Assembly: GCA_030704615.1 (NCBI GenBank)
Contig: CM060731.1
Span: 81,344,001-81,408,000 of the forward strand
DNA length: 64,000 nt
Source: Takakia lepidozioides
Taxonomy: Eukaryota > Plantae > Bryophyta
Direction: 5' to 3'
The translations under genes and the position numbers were made by a program. Within the stretch, counting starts at the first letter, position 1. Every line of letters starts with the position of its first letter. Below the pieces are notes generated by a model. It was given only the letters and a program-made list of their open reading frames with translations, searched no databases and was not told the origin of the DNA. Shown here piece by piece: positions 60,166 through 64,000 of this stretch.

Positions 60166-61713
60166 ATGAAGTCTGGTAACGGTTCCAAGTCAGTTAGGCA
60201 AGGAAGGAGGGACAGGGGGAGTTTTAGGATGCCCGGTGTCACAATGTTGTTTTGTTGTATGCTGGTGATGTTGACGATATGCCCCCTCCTGGCGTTTGGA
60301 CGGCCTGCTCCTGGTATGCTTTTGTACCCTTCGGAAATTTGACCCTTATTCCCTTGTTTCTGGGATGTTTGAAAGTTACCTCTAGAGGTGAGCTTCGGAC
60401 CTTGGTAGGTGGGGCGATCTCATTTCAGAAGGGTGAGAACATTGGCGTTTGACTGAAAGAGAGAGAGAGAGGCAGGGATACAGTAGGTATATATATCTCA
60501 GATGTCAGGAGATGTGTACAGCCAGTTGTGAAGCTACATGGTCCATCTTTAGATCTCTCTCACTCCCATCCCCAAAGCGCCAGCGAATTCCGACCAAGTT
60601 ACTCTAAAGTTGTTCGATATACTGTGAAGGATGACAGCCATTTGCTTGGATGTGTGTGCAGTCGATGTATTACCGAACCCGAATCCTACCGCGCAAAGTC
60701 AGTCATGTGATCATCAAGTTGCAAACGGTGTCAAGCAGGAAGCAATGCAGGGTGGTGCCCAGCAATTGCAGGTGAATACTGGAAAGACTAGTGCTTTGCT
60801 CGAACAATAGAAATGGGCTAAAGTGTCCGGGATTACCTGGACATCAGAAAACTGATCGGCCCGCTTAGCTCGGTTTATTATACTCATGAGATTCGCGATT
60901 TACATGGATAAGCAATGCGCGAGAGAGACAGAATTACAAACTCTAGATTGGTCCCAACGTCAACTTGTATGATTATAGTCAGGAAGTGGCTACATCGTGA
61001 CAATCTGACATAATTCGAGATCTATCATCACTAGCGGGAAGCTATAGAGAGAAGACTCCTGCCGAAGCCAGCGTAACTGAGATCACTCTTCTAAACATTA
61101 GGCCATCCTATAATCGAGGAACCGTGGAGTATTCGAGAACGATTTCTGAGCTAGCACGAGCTATTCTGATCGACCATTTTCCGGCTATAGTTAGGTAGTA
61201 ACTCCTGTTTGGCCTTCTTTGCTCTTCTGTTTGACTGGGTATACCTGTCGACCAGTTAACGTTTGGACGGGCTTATACACTTGGTGCCTTAGTTTCTTTT
61301 GGTTTCAGAAGTGCTTCAATAATGTCTGGACACTGCGATCTTTGTTCGAATCCAGTTTCAGTTGGTCAGAGAAGATCGTTCAGATTGTCGCCTAGCTTGA
61401 TTTTTGTTACTGGTGACCTGCATAAGTTGGTGACTGACCAGTTGATCAAATGAAACTCTTGCAGGAAGCAAAACTATCTCAGGCTCAAAAGTACTGGCCG
61501 AATAACAGAGCTCAAAAGGATGACTCAAGCAACAGAAGGTGGCTAGTCGGACCCGGGTCATCACCTCCGACCTGCGTGAGGAAGTGCGGTCTTTGCCAAC
61601 CATGCAAGGCGGTGCATGTGGCCATCGGCAGTCCACATGGGGTTATATCCGAAACCGAGTACTACCCGGAGGTCTGGATGTGCCAGTGCGGCAACAAGGA
61701 TTACCATCCGTGA
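60166..61713 (+). CDS. EPFL: EPIDERMAL PATTERNING FACTOR-like peptide precursor, EPFL4/5/6 (CHALLAH)-like
   Basis: Last exon 61465-61713 encodes [29 protein letters not shown]...[18 protein letters not shown] with six conserved Cys. Candidate first exon 60166-60313 encodes a hydrophobic signal peptide [19 protein letters not shown]. The phases require a middle exon that I could not resolve. Confidence 0.85.
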
Positions 61714-64000
61714 CAACCCAACAACAGCCTTGGCGAATGTAGAAGATGATCTCTCTCCGCCTCTTGCCTCGTGATTTGTAGACCTCGCGTCATGAACCTT
61801 CTGCGGCATCCATCCTCGAGCTAAATACAGCGTTGTATCGAATGTGAGAGTACCACTAGCCTATACATTGTAACATACTTAAAGAAAGAGCCTTAGTATC
61901 AATTGTAAGTTAGAATGAGCTCGGTCTCGGATAGCCTCAAGGTATATATTCAATGTGAAGAAAGATTTCATTGATAGGATGCAATAAGCCGAACGCTGCG
62001 AATCTTTCCGCAAGGGAGTGGTCTTAAAATGCGAGGCATAAATCAAGTAGGCTCAGTATTTCAGCCCCAACTACAGCAGCCCCTAGGTGAAAAGGGGCCA
62101 GGATGAAAAGGCTGCTGGGCAGATCAACATACTTTAGACTAGAGAGTGATTTGATTTCCTGACCAGTGTCTATTAATTACTGTCAGTAAATCTGAAAAGA
62201 CTAAGCTCCGTGTCCTGTAGTAGTGCTCAGAAGCAACTTGGAGACTTTCAAGATCCAACACGATTGATACTTTTGCGGATGTTACAAGTAGCTAGCCTAT
62301 CTAAGGCGGTGAGAGATTAGCTAGCTGTTCAGTCGGGGGCCCTGCTAGTTCCGGGCCACAGAGATAGATCACCTAGAGCTCAGTATGTCTCAGTTGCTCT
62401 CTCTAAAAGTAAAGTTGGTGTGAGAATATTCTCATTGAGGAACTTGGCACAGGGATTCTGGACTGCTTGACTGAATCTGTTTGGTGTAAGTTAACCTTCA
62501 ATGAAGATCAATATCTAATAGGAATATGCTTCGCGCATACATACAGAACAGAGGTAGACTCGAGGTAGATCACTCTTTAGACTTCTGTCATTTCGAACTC
62601 ATGGCCATAGAGAACTCAATGGCCACTAGAGACGTCAAGCAACCTTTGATGAGTACATGTTTCTCCCTCCTCCACTCCCACCCTCCCTCTGCCAGCTGAT
62701 CCACATCTTGTGTACATAGTCTCACAAGAGTGTCACATGTGAGTCAGCGGCCAGCGCGGTGGACTGCTCTGTATACGTACAGCGCGACCAGCTTGTAATC
62801 TTTACGCCAACGTTCTCGACATGTGTTATTTTCCGTTAGACGGAGGGAGGGTACAGAGCAATTTATGATGATGCAAACAATTTTTCGGAAATGTCTGTAC
62901 ATGTGTAGAAGAAGACACTATCAGATACTGCACAAAGTAATTCCATTTAAGTTTACATTACATTACATTGTGAGCTCTGCTTGTCGACTTTGGCTGTAGT
63001 GTAGGTTGCCTCTCGATGTGGCGACCTGGATGAGTTTGCTACGGAAGGCAAGACCAGCAACAACGTTCAGTTCACAAGATATTTTAGAATGTTCTGTGGA
63101 AACTTAGAAGCTCGTAGAGATTTCCAGCAATGGTGTCAGGAAGATGTGAAAAGCCCATTAGTCTTGAGGTATCGTGAAACTAGAGGAAGAAGTGTTGTTG
63201 AACAAGGGGAACTAAAACACAAGTCAGCTTTTTAAGTCAGATTTTGGGTGTAAAGGACAAAAATTTATCGGTAGATGCGCCAGGGTGGTCCTGGCCCCAA
63301 GAGAGCAGACACAGATCAGATACAAGCTGCATCTTTGCAGTTGCGTTATCATTTTCTTGGTAACCGCCCCCTCATTGGTCCTGCTGTTAGCGACATTGTC
63401 TATTTCGTGGTATAATACCTGACTCGTTTGCTTGCTGGAGGAAAAGGCATTGAGAAAAGAGCAAGAGAGAGTCGAGACACTGTTGGGTTGAGTTACAGAA
63501 GTTCGGGGAAACAAGGGGCCACAAGTTTACTTGGCCTGGCCTCATCTACCAAGCAAAGCTTACAGACGAGCCTGTATCTTACCGCGAGGGGATGAAGATC
63601 TATGATATGTACTGAGGCACGAGAAACTTCTCTAGGGGGTGGGGCCCGTCTACTGTCAGTTCATCTGGCAGCGCCTACCCACCAGCTAGTAACCCAACCA
63701 CATCTCAAACTGTTTCTCGCTTGCTGACTCTGCAACATGCTTGTGCTAGAGAATCGTTTCTCCTTCTCAAGGAAAAAGGGTGATGCTTCTCAAATAGGAA
63801 ACATACAGAAAAAAGGTTCCCCTAGCTACTCGGTTATGCCGATTGAAGAAGCTCTAGAGATTCCTATGTTGCTTTTCAGAGCCAGCAGAGAACCACGGAG
63901 AGAAGCAGGTATGAGCTCTATTCCAGAGTAAAGGCACGCATCTCGACGTGCCCACAAGCACCAGCAGCGCCACCTTCACCCCAGTCAGGGCCCCTGTTTT

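Noticed and set aside
1-64000. tRNA or rRNA genes
   Set aside because: No cloverleaf or rRNA-like sequence was recognised by eye; tRNAscan-SE or Infernal would be needed to exclude them.

Overview
Eukaryotic nuclear DNA from a land plant, most likely a non-seed plant (inferred from an EPFL peptide gene plus a Tcn1-type chromovirus). Two host genes are recognisable: a divergent DP/E2F-family transcription factor (8 coding exons, minus strand, 1303-6747) and an EPFL4/5/6 (CHALLAH)-like peptide gene (60166-61713). Between them, about 7.5-50 kb is a nested transposon island. It holds a degenerate Tcn1-type chromovirus (with a MITE and a solo LTR inside it), PIF/Harbinger remnants, a near-intact Galadriel-type chromovirus, tandem arrays and a large Ty3/Gypsy element. 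The Ty3/Gypsy element is the main finding. Its pol region carries a DNMT3-like C5-cytosine methyltransferase between protease and RT and ends in a PHD finger. That PHD is split by a 7.8-kb TIR element carrying a SWIM-finger gene and an intron-containing N4C/N6A (beta-class-like) methyltransferase-like gene, and a CACTA element sits inside that TIR element. These methyltransferase-bearing copies have stops and frameshifts; some indels may be assembly errors. All calls come from manual reading; no searches were run.
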